Assembly (NCBI GenBank): GCA_020891255.1
Contig: BQFW01000006.1
Span: forward strand, 62,001 to 126,000
DNA: 64,000 bases
Source of the DNA: Entomortierella parvispora E1425
Lineage: Eukaryota; Fungi; Mortierellomycota
Direction of reading: 5' to 3'
Shown: positions 24,686 through 39,141 of the stretch, piece after piece
Layout: the number at the start of each line of letters is the position of its first letter
Numbering within the stretch: position 1 is the stretch's first letter
Notes under the pieces: generated by a model
Databases searched by the model: none
What the model was told of the DNA's origin: nothing
What the model saw: the letters and a program-made list of their open reading frames with translations, nothing else
Made by a program: the position numbers and the translations under genes

Positions 24686-26512
24686 CTATGAGTGAGTGTC
24701 ATGCGCTCCGACGCTCTCCAGCATCACATAAGTTCCTTTGTCTTGGTTCTCGCTGTCCTGACAGGGAAAGTTGTTGGACCAGAGAAAAAACGAGTAGTAG
24801 TTTTCTCCAGTAAGCAGAAACCCATGTTCCTGGTTGATCCATGATATGGGTGAGTCCTGGAAGCCCCAAACGGTGAAATTAGCCCATCCAGGCTCACTAC
24901 ACGTCGTATTCAGCGTAGACCTAATCATTTTTCGAACCAACTGTTAGTTTCAAGCAAGCACTTCTCACTCCAAGATCAAAGCCGGGCAATTCAACAAGAG
25001 CCACGTCTTACCGAAGATCGTCCATGAGCTTACTGATGACGGTGGAGGGTACAAGTCCAGACACCTCGATCAACCATCCTGAACTTGCGACGGAAGTTTC
25101 AGTCTTTTGTGGCGGCGCACTGTACACACAGAGAAATGGATCAATCTTGTTGCCCATGACAATTCTAAATAGAGAGGGTTAAATCCAGGGAGGTTTTAGC
25201 ATCTGTAATGACCTTTAAATGACACTCCACACTTTGAAGGGACGGCATCGCAATTCACTATGGAATATACCTGTCAGACTGCATGCCAGCCATGCCAATC
25301 CATTCATAAAGCTCCATGACCGATGTTCGCCAGTTGAGCTCACTCTTTCCAATAGTTCGTATAGCTGAGGTGTCTGGAACAATGATATTTGGAAGATGTG
25401 TGGACTGAACGTTGAACGACAGACGTGTGGCGCGTGCGGACTCTGGGAAAGACAGTGGTAGCGAAATGCCTAGAAGATACAAAGACGCATAGTAGAAAGC
25501 AAGATGTTGAGGCGGTTTAGTATATCAGCGATATGATGTCGCTGTCCTTTTAGCCAGATCATAAACTTGCCTTGGTCGTCAACACTGCCTAGAACCATGG
25601 GAAACACGGTAACCAAAGTATTCTCAAAACACCACTTTATCCTCTCGAATCCTGGCTTTCCAGGTGTCATGGATGATGCACGCATATCAATCTTGACAGC
25701 TGAGAGATATGAGAATCAGAAAAGGCAATAGATTTGTCAGACCTTTTGAGCTGTTTGCATATCACATATCACCTGTCATAGTGGCGGCTGTCCTCTGTAC
25801 GTACTGTATCGCTGTCTATCAGGATGAAACTTTGAAGGGGTCCCGGAGAGTCCAAGTTGCTCGTATGTATCCTTTGTAAGCGACAAGATCAAGTTGCCTA
25901 TTCAAATTACAAAATCGCCAAGGCATAGGGTGAGATTTACAAACTCATGATCCACATCGAACAACTCTTTTTCAGAAAGCCAGTCTGCTAAGGATACCTT
26001 TCCCATCGAGACAGACCACGTCCTTTGAGTCGATCGTTCCCTGAACCGAGATGGCGATCATACCTAGCAAAGGCAATATGAGGGTGTTAATGCATGGACG
26101 ACGGAATACACTCAGGACAATCGATCAAGGCCGCTCCTGACTGATGTACCGTTGCGGATATGTTGCATGAAGGTTGGGGTCAGAAAGAGGGTCAAAGGCA
26201 CATGGGCATGGTAGTAGTGAGCGTCCTGAAAGAGTCTACTCGCGAGGGTGGTAAGGGCCTGCTCTGAAAGCGCGGCCGGCAAAAAGACTTGGACCTGTTT
26301 TTCCGACAGGGAAGGAAAAAAAGTATTGTTAATTTGGGGCGAGAAAATGGTTCACCACCAAAAAAAACTTTTTATCAAAGGAATGTTACCCGCTGGTTGA
26401 ATGGGTGGTTCTGGATGAGGCGCTGGTGCAGTTGCTTGGGGGAATGGAAAGAGTATTGAGAGATGAACTGGCTGGCGCGAGGCGGGGCAGTCTTTGGGAA
26501 GAAGGTCGACAT
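24686..26512 (-). CDS. RPP40: Ribonuclease P/MRP protein subunit p40 (8 short exons, intact)
   Basis: Hand-spliced in frame: QNHPFNQR|VQVFLP..YHAHVPLTLFLTPTF|GMIAISVQGTIDSKDVVCLDGK|GNLILSLTKDTYEQLGL|..ERIKWCF..|LYEWIG|DPFLCVY|WANFTVWGFQDSPISW..EHG..GENYY; intron 5 has a GC donor. Confidence 0.9.
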
Positions 26513-27309
26513 GAGGGAAAGGAGAGAGAAGGGATGCAGGAAAGAGAAGAAAGAGAGGAGGGATGCAAGAGAGGGTGCCACCAAAAAGGAAGAAACAAGC
26601 AGACAAGTCAAAACTAGGACCACAGCAGCATGGGCAAAGCCACCCACACAGAAGTGAAATTTTTATCCCTTAGTCTGTAAAATATGGCAAATTTGCCCGT
26701 TAAAAATTTATTTTATCTGAGTTTTAATATTATTCTCGAAAAATCACTAGGCCACCCCTCCCCCGTTTCTAAGCTCAGATGAAAGAACGGGCAAAAATGC
26801 ATTAATGTCAGGACTCACCGAAAGGAGCAAGAGGCGCCTGACGAACTAGAGCAAGATGAACAAGAGGGAGATCAGGTGCAGGAGGGAGATCAAGAGGAAG
26901 AGCCTCTATAACGAAGGAGAGGGAGAAAGAAGACGAAGCCCAACATCAAATTGCCTGATCCAATCCTCCAGAGTTCGAGCCTCTGGTCCAGAACATCCGG
27001 CGTGGATATGTCAGTATCCAGAATTCACATTTTTTGGGAACAAGCAATATTCACAGAAATTTATGGTCACGTGTATGTAATTAAGGGCGTACCATAAAGT
27101 CCAGGGGGCGGACTTCGAGGTACGATGAAGCAAATCCATTCTGAAAAAAAATGCAAATCCATTCTGGCCGTTCATCCTGCCAGCCCCCTTTTCTGATAAG
27201 ACAACAGACCAAGAGTGTATTCAAACTAGCGCATGAACTTGAGAGACTGCAGTAGTTAAGTAGTCATTACAGAATTAAAGGGATAACAAGTAGAAAGCCA
27301 GAATGTTGT

Positions 27310-30300
27310 TTATTCAATCGCAGCTGCAGGTTTTTTTTTGATTACTTTTCTGTGGTAAGAACATATACCCCCGGCACGCTCAATTGGTTCCCGAAGACTT
27401 TCAAACGCCAATTGTTTTCGCACATCCAAGTCACGCTCAGCAGGCATCTCATGAATCATACCCAGAACGTGATAGATCACATCCTTGAAGTACTGGTAGT
27501 TTTTCCTATTGGAAACTCCAATATTGCCCCTGCGATATCGCCAATCTTTGCCAAAGGACACATCTAGTTGCCAGATAGGAGGGGTAGCTCCAGAACCTCT
27601 GAACCACCGTCGCCATATCTCATCCAAATCGACGGGTACGGCGTCTTTTCTGTTCCCATCTCGCGCCAGCACAATATTATCAATATTTGGAGTTATCTGA
27701 GGTAGGGTCCATATTCGCTCAGAAAAGCTTGCTGCAAGCGCCGCAAGGTGACCTTCGAGATTTCCCTCCAATTGACGCTGCTGCTGCTGCTGATCGTGCT
27801 CTTGTAAAATTGGCGTTTGCTGTTGCTGTTGCTGTTGCGGTTGCGGTTGCGGTTGCGGCTGCGGTTGCGGTGGTGGTGGTGGTGGTGGTGTTGTTGTTGC
27901 TAGGTGTTGACTTTGTTGTTCTAGATCAAGATCTTCATCAAGTCTGATCTCGAGTCGCCGTTGCTTTGTTCGTTCCCTACGACGATCTATCAAAGTCTCG
28001 TCGTCGTCATCATCAACTTGTTCCTGTTCGTACTCTTCATCCATGATGGACAATGCATGTGGGGAAGGGGGTAGTGAGCGGATAGGAGGTGTTGACGATG
28101 GCACATCCACAACGTCTGGAGCAATACGTGCATTTTGATGAGTTGTCTGGTTCCGCTGCGCTACGCGGGCCTCCTCCCGCCGATGTTTTCTTAAATTCTC
28201 TGCCATGACCATTCCCGAGACTTCTAAGCCGAGCTCCATGCTCTCCATGTTTTTTCGCGTTTGTCGAGGTTGAGTAGAGGTGGGATGGATCTGAGGTTCT
28301 TGCGGTGTTAAAGATGCAGGCCTTCGGACTGCCTGTTGTATTTGCTGGACATGCTGAATGCATTCGATAGGCGCAAAGACTTGAGTGCGCAACGAATTCT
28401 CCAGCTCTGAAGCAGTTCTTGCAAGGCTTATATCATTTGATGCGGATATGCCAGTCATCTGCCTCATTTGTGCTCGAATCTGAAGATCCGCCGCTCGTAA
28501 CATATCAGAGAGCATTGAGAAGATCCCCATTGTGGCGTGTTGGTTTAATTCTCGATGCTGCTTTGCAAGTGAATCCATGACGTTCACGTTCAATTCGCGA
28601 GATGTTGCTGCCTCGTCCCTTAGAATCTTGGGGAGACCTTCAGTGATCGCCTTTAGTTTGTCCAATTTCGACTCCACAACTTGATTGTGATGATGAAGAC
28701 CCGGTAAATTGGCCTTGATACTATCTGACAGAGGCGAGACAGATGTTTCCATGGATTCGATCAGGTTTTTCTGAAATTCTAGGAACTCGATTGATTTGAA
28801 AAGATCGATGTCGAAGATCTCATGTCGATGGTAGGGGCGATCTGGGATTGAGAGAGACATCAAGGCGACTGCGTCCTGCAGCACAACTTTGCGGAGGTGG
28901 GCGAGAAGAAGAAGAAACCGTATGAGCCTAATGTCCCTCTTCTCTATAGGCATGCGACGATCGACTGGTCGATTCAAATACATATCTCGATCCATCATGA
29001 CGTTTTCGACCCATACTGTCCAGTCGGGGTACGTGAAGCATGTCTCTATGAACGGAAAGACTTTTCGCTGCAAGTTGGCGTCTGGAGTAAGAGTGTTCCG
29101 AGCTAACCAAAGGCGTTCTCCAGGCAAAGTACAACCAGCCAGTTTCATAGGAACATCCTTAGGGAAACTGCTGAGGTAGTGAGTGACGACTCGCCTTCCT
29201 GTCTGCCAACGACCATGCTGAGAAATTGCTTCGATATCAGCTCCTGCTTCCTGTGCATGCCGTGCTCCTGATCCACGATGCCCGTGCAGTGGTTTGCTAG
29301 TTTTCACTCCAATGCTATCCAGCCCTGACTTGCCGGCCGCGCGGTGGGTGGAATCATGCATCTGTTTTCTTTCGTCATTTCCAACAAGCAGAAAAATGTC
29401 GACCCAGGAGTTATCTGCGGGGTCAAACTTTTTAAGCTGAAGTGGAAAAAAAAATGGGATAAAGTCACTCAGTTAATTGTATGGCCTTCAACATATCAAC
29501 AAAAACATATGGCACCAATATTTAATGGCTATTACCAAGAAACGTTCGAGAAGATGAAGCGCCAGGCTGCCAACAGGACATATCTGAACATCCTTGTTCC
29601 TGACAACGCTTCCATAGGCCGCCTTTCCATCTCGATTCGTCTTTCCTCGCAACATTTGAAGGATAACTCCCAAAGTGAACTGGTGACCATCCTTCGGATG
29701 TTCATATGCATGAGAGAATATGTCAGACAACCTGGCCATACGCAAGTTTTCGCCTCGAGACATCATGAAGTGCAGCCAGGATCCACTAAGACGACTTCGA
29801 AATCCGACGATCTTCTTTCTCTTTGTTCTTCCGTGGTATCTGTGTTGCCAGCCATCCCACATTAAGGCAGACAACTCTGGTATATCATATCCACTGTCAA
29901 AGTTGAGAGTCGCTGTGTCTTCTGAGGTGAGTTGGGCGGAATACTCCAGAACATATCCCTTCATGAGTGAAGACAGCTCTGGAGATCGTAAACTGATCGT
30001 AGGATGCCCAAACATAACCTTGTTGCTCGGATCTGCCTTTTGCATCTTAAAAAAGATCGAAGCAGGCTTTGACGTATTGCATGACTGTTTCTGGAGCCGG
30101 CAGTTGGCCGTCAGGATCATAGCCATCCTTTGTTTTGCTGACTCGTAGAGGGCGAATCCCTTTTGGCAGCTCAGGGTCGACAGGGTGTTTGGCGACGTTG
30201 TGGGTCATGTAAAGGAGGAAGCGACTGGGAAGTACATTGGGTTTGACATAGCCCATTCGTTTGCACCAGGCCTATTGTCATGGGAGGTAATGGATTACTC

Positions 30301-31260
30301 TGTTATGGTCAATAACGTTTGAAAATGATGAGCCAGTCAACTGTAGCAGCAGCATTCTATTACCACCCAGTGCCTCTGATAGCGGCCATATGTTGCCTGG
30401 GTACTCTTGGCCTGTTGTTGTTTGCCTTGGCGAGCAGCTTGCTGCAGTGCGGAGATCTCCATGTCTGCGAGTTGTTGGTCGAAGTCTTGATCGTCTAAAT
30501 AATCTCGACGAGCGGCAACGTCCTCTGTTCCTTGCATGAGTGGGTCATCGCTAGCATCCAGCTCTTGATCGGCGATAAACTGAACAGGTCCATCATCAAC
30601 CTCCAACTGGGCCCGCTCCTCGTCCTCCGCTCTTTCACGGTCAATTTCTTGCTGGGACCGCATGATTTCTTCTGGCAATGATTCTCGGGAGGACTGAGTC
30701 AGCTTGGCCACAGCCAAACGCTTTTTGGTCTCCATCTTCCTCAATTCCCTAGTCTGGTCATCTTCCTCGTCATATTCCGAGTCAGAGGATCCATCGCTCT
30801 CGTAGTCACTGCCATGGGCCTCGGATGTCCTCAAATCCAACTCCCCCTGTGAATACACACGCTCTGCTCCACCAAAGATATCATCCATGCAGTCTCGGTG
30901 AGGTCTCTGCGTCATATGCGCTTTTGGTAACCGCGAGCTAGCTTCTCCTTCCGACAGATCGCTAGAGTCTTGTGGGATAGCACGCTCTTTCCCCTTGGAG
31001 GCGCTATATGACAGGTCTCTGTCATTATTTTGCTGATTTCTGGGGCCACGTTTCTTGCCTTTGTCGCTCCTGGATTTTCTCTTTTGAGGAACAGCATTGC
31101 TTGCACTCGAACCAGCTTGCGCTCTTTCGTTTTGGTTCTCGTTCATTTCACCCTGTTCAGATAGTGGTAATGCATATGCTGATGAAGATGACCCTGAGGA
31201 GCTAGATCCCGAAGTCGCATGAACTTCATTAGACACCAAAGAAAGCGAATGAACATCCAA
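27310..31260 (-). mobile_element. Crypton tyrosine recombinase gene #1 (NDC10-II-like region plus C-terminal GCR1_C-like domain); one frameshift in an A6 run near 30050
   Basis: Catalytic set SRGENLR (R), GKTN (K), LHGHRG (HxxR), HGRW, THYL (Y); R..LTPDANLQRKVFPFIE; C-terminal LDEIWRRWFRG..PPIWQL..GKDWR. Two GT-AG introns identified; exact start codon uncertain. Confidence 0.85.
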
Positions 31261-31796
31261 TCCTTCTTTCGCTATGCAGCCATGTTTTCCATGCTAAAGC
31301 AGACAGTGCGACAATGTGCAAACATACCCAGCGCATGAAGAGCAGTTGTTGTCGCATTGAAGTCTACATTGGGTTGGGTTGTCCTTGCCGCCCAATGGCT
31401 CTGGGAACTGAACATGCAATCTTCCCTCGTTTGGAGATGAAACGTTGGCTAATGGTTGTCCAGCGTGGGAAAAAATAGTGAGCAGTCGGTAGGGATAGTT
31501 TGGCGAAGGAGGGGGAAGAAAGGAAAGAAACGAGGCGCTCTGGATCTTGAGAATTAGAGTGAGTAAGAAGGAAGGGTGTTAAGAATGGTTGAATGGTTCG
31601 CGGAAAGCATGCAGCGTGCAATGCAGTCGCGCCACCAACTCCAACATAAAAAGCCCAGCCCAAAACCCCTTAAAAGACTTAACTACCCTGTCCCTCGCCC
31701 CGATGCGATTTTCGCCTTCACGGTGTTCACGCACAGAGTGACTTTTCTTAGTTTTTTTTTACTTTAAGCCACCAATTGAATTGACCTTGTGAAACT

Positions 31797-33329
31797 GTGT
31801 TCACGTTAGACCAATACAGTCTGGATCCTGTTTTCCAGGGCATCGTACCACCACCCATCACTCTCTTTCGATTTTTCTTCACAGACTTCATGCTCGATAC
31901 AATCGTTAGGAACACCAATCTTTACGCCGAAAACAAAAGAGCTGAAGCGGGTGCAACTGGTCGTGCTTGGAAATCAATGACCAGAAACGAACTTGTTACC
32001 TGGATCGCCATCACCATTTACATCGGACTTCACAAAATGTCGTCGTTAGTACAACTCTGGAACACAGAGCGAGCGGCACCGACACACTACATATCAAGGT
32101 ACATGAATAAATTTCGATATGAGCAGATCAAGCGTTATTTCCAAGTGTGCGCCCCAGATGCCGTTATTGATGAGTACTGTGATAAAGTCGAGCCACTACT
32201 GTCACATACCCGAGATACCTCAAAGCGACTCTACACGCCAGCATCGAATGTCCCCATCGATGAGATGATGATCCAGTGTTCGGGACGAAGTGCTCATACC
32301 GTTCGTATGAAAAACAAACCGATTACGGAAGGCTTCGAGATATTCTCTCTCTGCGATGCAGGATACACCTACACTTTCATTCCATCATCTAGGGTTCAGT
32401 CAGTCCGAGTTGAAAAAATACCCGGCCTCACTCAAACAGGGAACATTGTCAACCATCTTGTCCAACAGCTACCGAAGAGTCCACATTACCGCGTTTTTAT
32501 GGACAACTACTTCACCAGTGTCAAACTTTTCCAACACTTTCGAAACCTCAGCGTCGGCGCCTGCGGCACTACAAGAAGGCAGGGTGGAGTCCCCAAGGAG
32601 TTATATGTCGACAAGAATGCAAAGCTCGATTGGGATACTAGGTCTGGTGTTGTTGTCGGCGGCGTACTGGTGGTCTTTTGGATGGATAACGGCCCGGTTA
32701 CGATGATGACTACGATTCATGGCAAGATAGGAGATGAATGGGAGGTGATGCGAGTACGACGTCGGCCCAGAGAAACAAGTACTAATGGGACCAAGGTGCG
32801 ATCCATTTTCGGCAATGAACCCAAAAAGGAACTCAAGATCCTCAAAGTCATCGATGACTACAATCTCAACAAGGGTGGGGTTGATATTGCAGACCAACTT
32901 CGGTCATATTACAGCATGCAGCAGACTGCACATCGAAACTGGTGGCCGATCTTTTTCTGGCTCCTGGATACTACGATCATCAACTGTTATCTCATTGCTC
33001 GAAAAAAAGCATCCATTCTCACACACAGAGAGTTCCGCAGCTCTCTTGTCTGGGGCTTGATTGACTCAGTTACCACCACAAACATTACCAAGCGCCGCAA
33101 GGCCGATGATCCCGTTCTAGTTGAGGAGATCGAAGGGGCGACATGGAGACGTCCCCGCGTGACCAAAACGTTCACTCTCCCAAACGACCGGTTTACTGAC
33201 GACAATCACTTTCCTGTTACCAGCAATGAACGATCCACCTGCCTTCTCTGTTCCTGGAAAGCCAAGAACAAGCTCATCTTCATGGATCACAAAAACCCTG
33301 TTCAGTCCAATATATGGGGCCTGGAATAA
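31797..33329 (+). pseudogene. piggyBac-family transposase relic (DDE_Tnp_1_7)
   Basis: PIDEMMI, FMDNYFTS, GGVDIADQL (DDD triad intact). No ATG start; C-terminal Cys-rich domain broken by a stop (WGLE*GVPLC); no right TIR/TTAA found. Confidence 0.85.
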
Positions 33330-33369
33330 GGAGTTCCTCTGTGTAGCAACAAAACGAGGCAATTCCAAT

Positions 33370-34270
33370 CTGTCTACTGTACCCAGCATAGGGGTCCACG
33401 ATTTTTTGGATCTTCCTCTCTAAAACGTCATTCTCAAAGAACTCGAGCATTCAGGGAGGTGAAACAGTGCTGTAGCCATCACAGTTCAAATTACAAAAGG
33501 TCTATAAAATGGTAAGGAAAACAGTTTAGTGCCAAGATACTTATACAGACGCATTACGGGAACCAGCATGGGTTTGCATATACAGGGAATACATACCTCC
33601 CACAGCTTGAAGTAGGTTTTGTACGCTTGAATTGTCTTTGTAGGCGGTCGGGTGAGGATACCTTCAAGGACGACTTGAGCAGACTCCTTTCTTTTGGCAA
33701 GAGCGACTTCTGCTCTAAGTGTGATTGATGGTTGGTCATCAAGTGCACATGGAGAGAACAAGGACTTGTTCCATCTCTTGGCTGAAGAAGGAGGCCCTGT
33801 AGTCACTGTAACCATCGGTTTCTAGGCACGTTTCTCGTTTAGAACAGCATCGTCAGGGTGGGTTTGTTCCTGCCTTCTTTTCCCACGTCCAGTTACCACT
33901 GCAGCTGCAGCTGCAGTCGCTGTCTCTATAGCATCTGGCAAAGCAGACGTTTCCTGCTGCGTTGTCTCGAAAGAAGGCGATGAGGACGCGTGTGCATTTT
34001 GGACTCGTTGCTGGAGGTGTCAACGGGGGGCCATAGGACTGAATCGCGGAGACTGCCTCGGAATAGGATGCACTCAAGGTAGACATGTCAGCGGTGGAGG
34101 CTGCTGTCGCTTCCTTGGTGGGTAACAGGATCATGCGACTCTGCGGACAACAAAGCTCTTCCGATCTTCCGCGGCGCTTGGCTGGAGCGTCGGTGGAGGC
34201 TTGCAGTCGGGATTTATTGCCTACAGGGTTTTTCGTCGTTCAGATTTTCCGGTGTTTTGCTGGGCATGAT
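33370..34270 (-). pseudogene. 5' remnant of a Crypton recombinase gene (#2), divergent from the PIN-Fanzor gene
   Basis: RPPTKTIQAYKTYFKLWE|intron|TFCNLNCDGYSTVSPP*MLEFFENDVL matches the N-terminal motif and intron position of the other Cryptons in the window; in-frame stops; cut off at the piggyBac junction. Confidence 0.6.
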
Positions 34271-34887
34271 GGAGTCAATCAGCAGGGGATGAGCAGGAGC
34301 AGGGAGTTTGTGGAGATTTTTGCGGAGAAGAGAGCAGTGTTGGATAATGAAAGCATGAAGGCGCACCAGACCCAGATTAATAACATTTATAACTGCAGAG
34401 ATCAGATGAGAGATGGAGCGGAGGACTACCACGCCCTGCAACAGAGACAACGACAATAGGATAGTTTGGTAGGATGGTGAGATGTGTTCAGGTACCTTCG
34501 CATTCCATGCTGATGGCCCTCGGGCATGCCTGATTTTGCACTTCTAAGCCACCAGGGACACTGACCTTGTCTTTTTGTGACTGTTTTGAAAGCGTCGCCA
34601 TGCACGCGTTACGCGACAAGTTGCCTCGGCTTTCTTCCTTGCCTCTGCACCTGTCCATGACCCACCCAGCATCGCGCAGAGACAAGCCTCACAAGCCTTA
34701 CCAAGAAGCCCTAGTCCATTAATCTCCAATCACGCATCCAAATTCGACAGCTGAACGTTTCCCCATTCACGGAAAGAGGTGAGCCCTATAGCCACGCACA
34801 CGCATGCAAGCATGCAACCATTGTGGCAGCCATTGCATTGACACACTCCAACATTACTCACATATTTCTATTTTTGGGATATCAGTA

Positions 34888-37800
34888 ATGGGAATCCGCG
34901 GCCTTCCCAAGGCGATGCGAGATAGTGGGGCAATAGCTGGGCAACCCTTGAAGGAGTCATCAAAGCCCGTCCACGTGGATTTCTTGGCCTATTGTTTTCG
35001 TCTTGTGCAAACAAGGGCATTTGGGGTTCTCCAAAATGGCTTGAAGAAAGCCGTGTCAATCTCTGCAAGCTCTGCCCCCGCTCCGGAGTTGGAGTTTGAA
35101 ACCGATATGACCACAGCAAGCTCGCGGAAAAGAAAAAATGTGGCTGAGCACAGCCCTGCCTCCATTCGCAGCGCACCCCCCGATGATCCTGTTCCTTTTG
35201 GTCCCAAGCAGACACTGACTGAATTACTTGAGGATGTCCTCGCCAGCGGTGATCATAAGAACATTTTCATCCACCCTGATGGTCTCTCCGACGTGGAAAG
35301 TAAAAAAGATCAGCAGGTAAGACATGGTCATAGTTGTTCGTCACTGTACCTGAGGCTGCTTTCTTGTCCTTAATTGTGATTGCTTGCATTTAACTATGTA
35401 GAACTTTCGATCCATTGGATACATGTTGGATGACGTTCTCTCCAGCTCATTCAACAAAAATCTCACAGTACTTCACGTTGATGGTGAGGCGTCAGAACAA
35501 AAGAGACAGGAACATCGACGCAGGAATGAGTACCTTCGAAAGGCTCTAGGTGGTCTTCAGTCCAAAGTCAACAACCCTGGATCTAAGCCAAACAAACAAC
35601 TCTTCCGAGCCTGCAGAAACCTCTATCGCCTTCCACGAGAGAATCTCCACCACGATGTCATATCGGTTCTTGAAGAGCTTGGATGGTCGATTGATTACTG
35701 TCAACATCAAGCTGACACCTGTCTAGCTGCCGTATGCCAAAGCAGTGCTCCTGGCTCTATCACTATCGTCACGTCGGACAGTGACCTCATGGTCTACGAA
35801 GGTGTCCAGAGCGTAGTGATGCCGGTTGGCAGGAAAAGGGAACTTCTGACATTTGACAAAAAGAAATTGATGGACCATCTGGATCTCCCGACTGAGCAGC
35901 ACTTACTGCTGGCATGTATCGTCACTACCAACGACTACGTCAAAAATATCCCATACTTTGGGCTATTAACCAATTGCGATATCGTCCGTGGCATGGACCT
36001 TTCAGCTCTGGGACCACTGGGAGAAATGGCCAACAATGCAGAGAGAGCTGAGGCGATCATGCCCTTCGTGCAACGTTATATTGATGAGGTAAATCGTCGA
36101 CTCGTTCAGCGGAAGCTCGAGTCAAAGCGCAAGACGAAAGCTCCAGCTATTCAACAAGGTGGCATTGATGTTGAAGTGTGTCACTACCACCACTCGGTGA
36201 CAGCCTTCGTTGCAAGGGCCGAGACTTCAATGGCTGAGCCACTTCTACAGGAGGACCAGAGCCCTCGTTCCCACTATGTAATCACCGCGTTCCTCCAGCA
36301 AATGTATGCACGCAAAGCCCAGAAGGAGCATTCTCGGCGATTCAAGGCCTCTACGAACGCTTTGATACAGCATCCGTCCACAGACACAGTCTCGACAATG
36401 GAGCTTTCGGCCACAGTGGCTGATTTAGACGTTGAGTCTGTGCTCTCATCAACATCCACGCAGGTTGGTCCCAAAAAGGTCTGTGCGAGTAGCCGAAAGC
36501 GGAAAAGTTCCCAGAAACGGCTGCAGAATCGGAAAGATCGATTCAAGGACAGGCTAGCAGAAAAGAAGCGAAAAAAATGGGAGGATTCACAGTAAGTTTG
36601 GCTATCTACAGAGCTTTGATGTCCTCACACTTTCACTATGCATGGTTCGTCCCTTGCTCATTTATCATCATTTTCTTGTCTACATAGGTTCAGACCACGT
36701 ACACACGATCAGGGACAGTATGTGGTCAGATCCGTCAACATTCTAGACGCTCCTGGTGTTGAAGAGTCGGAGCTTTTGAAAATGACCATACCGGCTCCTC
36801 GCATTAGAAAGGCGACTGGTGACTCAAAGAAGGTCGACTCCAACAACAACGGCAACTCTGCGACCACATCGTCCAACGGTCAAAAATCGAATGCGAAGAA
36901 GAAGAGGAAGAAGCCTAGAAAACCAAAAAAGGCAAAGTCTGGTCCCGCTTCACTAAAGACCGGATTTTCGACCTCGTTTGCAACCTCAACACAGACTTTG
37001 GGTAGCGTCCAAGGGTGCCTACGACGAGCACTTTTACCAGCCGGGGAAAGTGGGAGAATTCAACGCCTGAGCAACAATGACATCAATGCGATTGCCAATA
37101 GGATCGAGGCAGCCGTGTCCACCATCGCAGAGGCTCGCATGTACGTTTGTCGTTTACTTGACATCCTGGTGTACGATGCGCTCTTAAAGCAACAGACTCC
37201 AGAAGCTGCCCCCGAGTTGCACGGAGAAGCCTTTGATGTACTCGACTTGTTGCTGGAAAAATCCACCGGCACTGCGATTATCAGATACTTCTTTGCACTT
37301 GTCCTGAATGGCAAAATCGACGCAAGAGGCAAGAAGATAGTCAAGGAGAAGACTCTGGCAGCCAAAAGAATGGCGGAGGCGACCTATGCACGATTGAAGG
37401 ATATGCTCCCGGGTCTAACAAGTGTGAACAGGAGGCAGATACCCCTCTCGAGAGTAATAGTCCATGCATCGATGGAGATGGGGGTGCAGCTCCGGAAACA
37501 CTTTAAGGAAATCCCGTTCACGATAGGCGGCAGGGTAAGCTCCTATATTTTTCTGCCATTTCTCTCTTGCTCAATCTCTACCCTCACATATTTGTATGCA
37601 GACTATGCATCATACTAACCGGTAGCCCCATTCCACTTTTGCTGAAAAATAGATGAAGAAATGTGGATGGAAGGAAGAAGACATTCCACAAGGGGCGACT
37701 AAGGGCGACAACAACGACGACGATGAGGACGACGAAGACGATGGGGAGGATGAGGTCGAGGAGGATGACGGGGACGAGGAGGGCAATGACGATGATGCCG

Positions 37801-39108
37801 AGTCTTGCTTTAACAAGGGCCACATTCAGCGGTGGTGGAGAGAGGCACGCAGACTGCCGTTGCCAATGATGCCCGTGTTCAGCCTCCGCTATCAGTTCAA
37901 GGATCCCTTTGTGACTTTCGAAGAGAGGGCACTCCCTGCCATTTTGTGGTCAACATCGAAGTCGCGTCCTAATCCAGCTGCGGCAGCTGCGTCGAAAATT
38001 CTTTCTGCGAAGGAAGCCACGAAACTTACTGAAGAGCACTATGGCGAGTTGACCAGGACACTCTTCTATGGGGATCCGGATGAGATCAGGAAAAGCAAGC
38101 GAGTGTGGCAAACACCGTATGGTCGACGTTCAACGACCATGCATGCTTTGGCCAAAAGTTGCGGCGACGTATTTTCATCGACTGCCCTCCACACCTTCCT
38201 GGATCTAAAATTCACCCATGTTGCAAAGACCATCGACTGTCTGGAAAAGGGGATCCCTTGTGACAGTGCACCTCCACCTTTGCCAACTACACGTCTTCCT
38301 CAGGAACTCCGCCCATTCTGTCCTCGCTATGCCATCAACAACATTTTTTCAACAAACGGCACAGAACTCAATATCAATTGCTACGATACGACAAAGCCTC
38401 ATCGAAAACAATCGATGTTCGTGCCGATTTACCGCATCGAGAACAAGTTCCCGACCACAAAGTCTATCCTTGATGAATTTGGCGTTTCTTCCATCGATGA
38501 GATCGAGGTTTGGGGTGTTGATCCGGGCGAGGTGAACACAGCTGCTTTTTGTCGGGTCGTAAGGGAGGAATCAACAACATCAGACACCGCCTCATCCACC
38601 ACAGTCTTCCGACCAGGAGTGGAAGCAAAGAACCTGACAATCAACAGGAAGGCCCTCTATCAGCCCGTTTTTGCACATCGGGAACAAATGAATGCGCTGA
38701 TCTCCAAGAGAATATCCATCTCTCAAGGTCAGCCTATTCAGGGAGCTCTTTGGGCCAAAGATGACAAGACCCTTCGTGATGACAGTGTTTGTCTGCCTAG
38801 TATTTCAGATGTTCAGGACAGACTTCCATCTCGACAACACACGAGCACAGACGACATTGAGCACTCCACAAAGACTTTTTTTCAAAGTCAAGGTTTACTC
38901 CACGGCTTTTACTCAGCGAAGCGGATCAAGCGCATGGCATGGTCGTTGAAGAAAGCCAAGAAAGCAGAGATTGACAGGGCTATTGATTCAATCTTGAAAC
39001 AATGCACCAAGAAGACTCTCTTCTGCTATGGCAACGGATCATTCAGGACGGGGATTAATCTTGCGTCGCCACATGAGACATTCAAGGCGATATTCGCGCA
39101 AAAGGTAG

Positions 39109-39141
<33 letters not shown>

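Noticed and set aside
31605-31650. GCATGCA...ACTCCAACAT similarity between the Crypton #1 upstream region and the PIN-Fanzor promoter
   Set aside because: The match is about 10 bp and compatible with chance in 64 kb; not enough to claim a lost second Fanzor.
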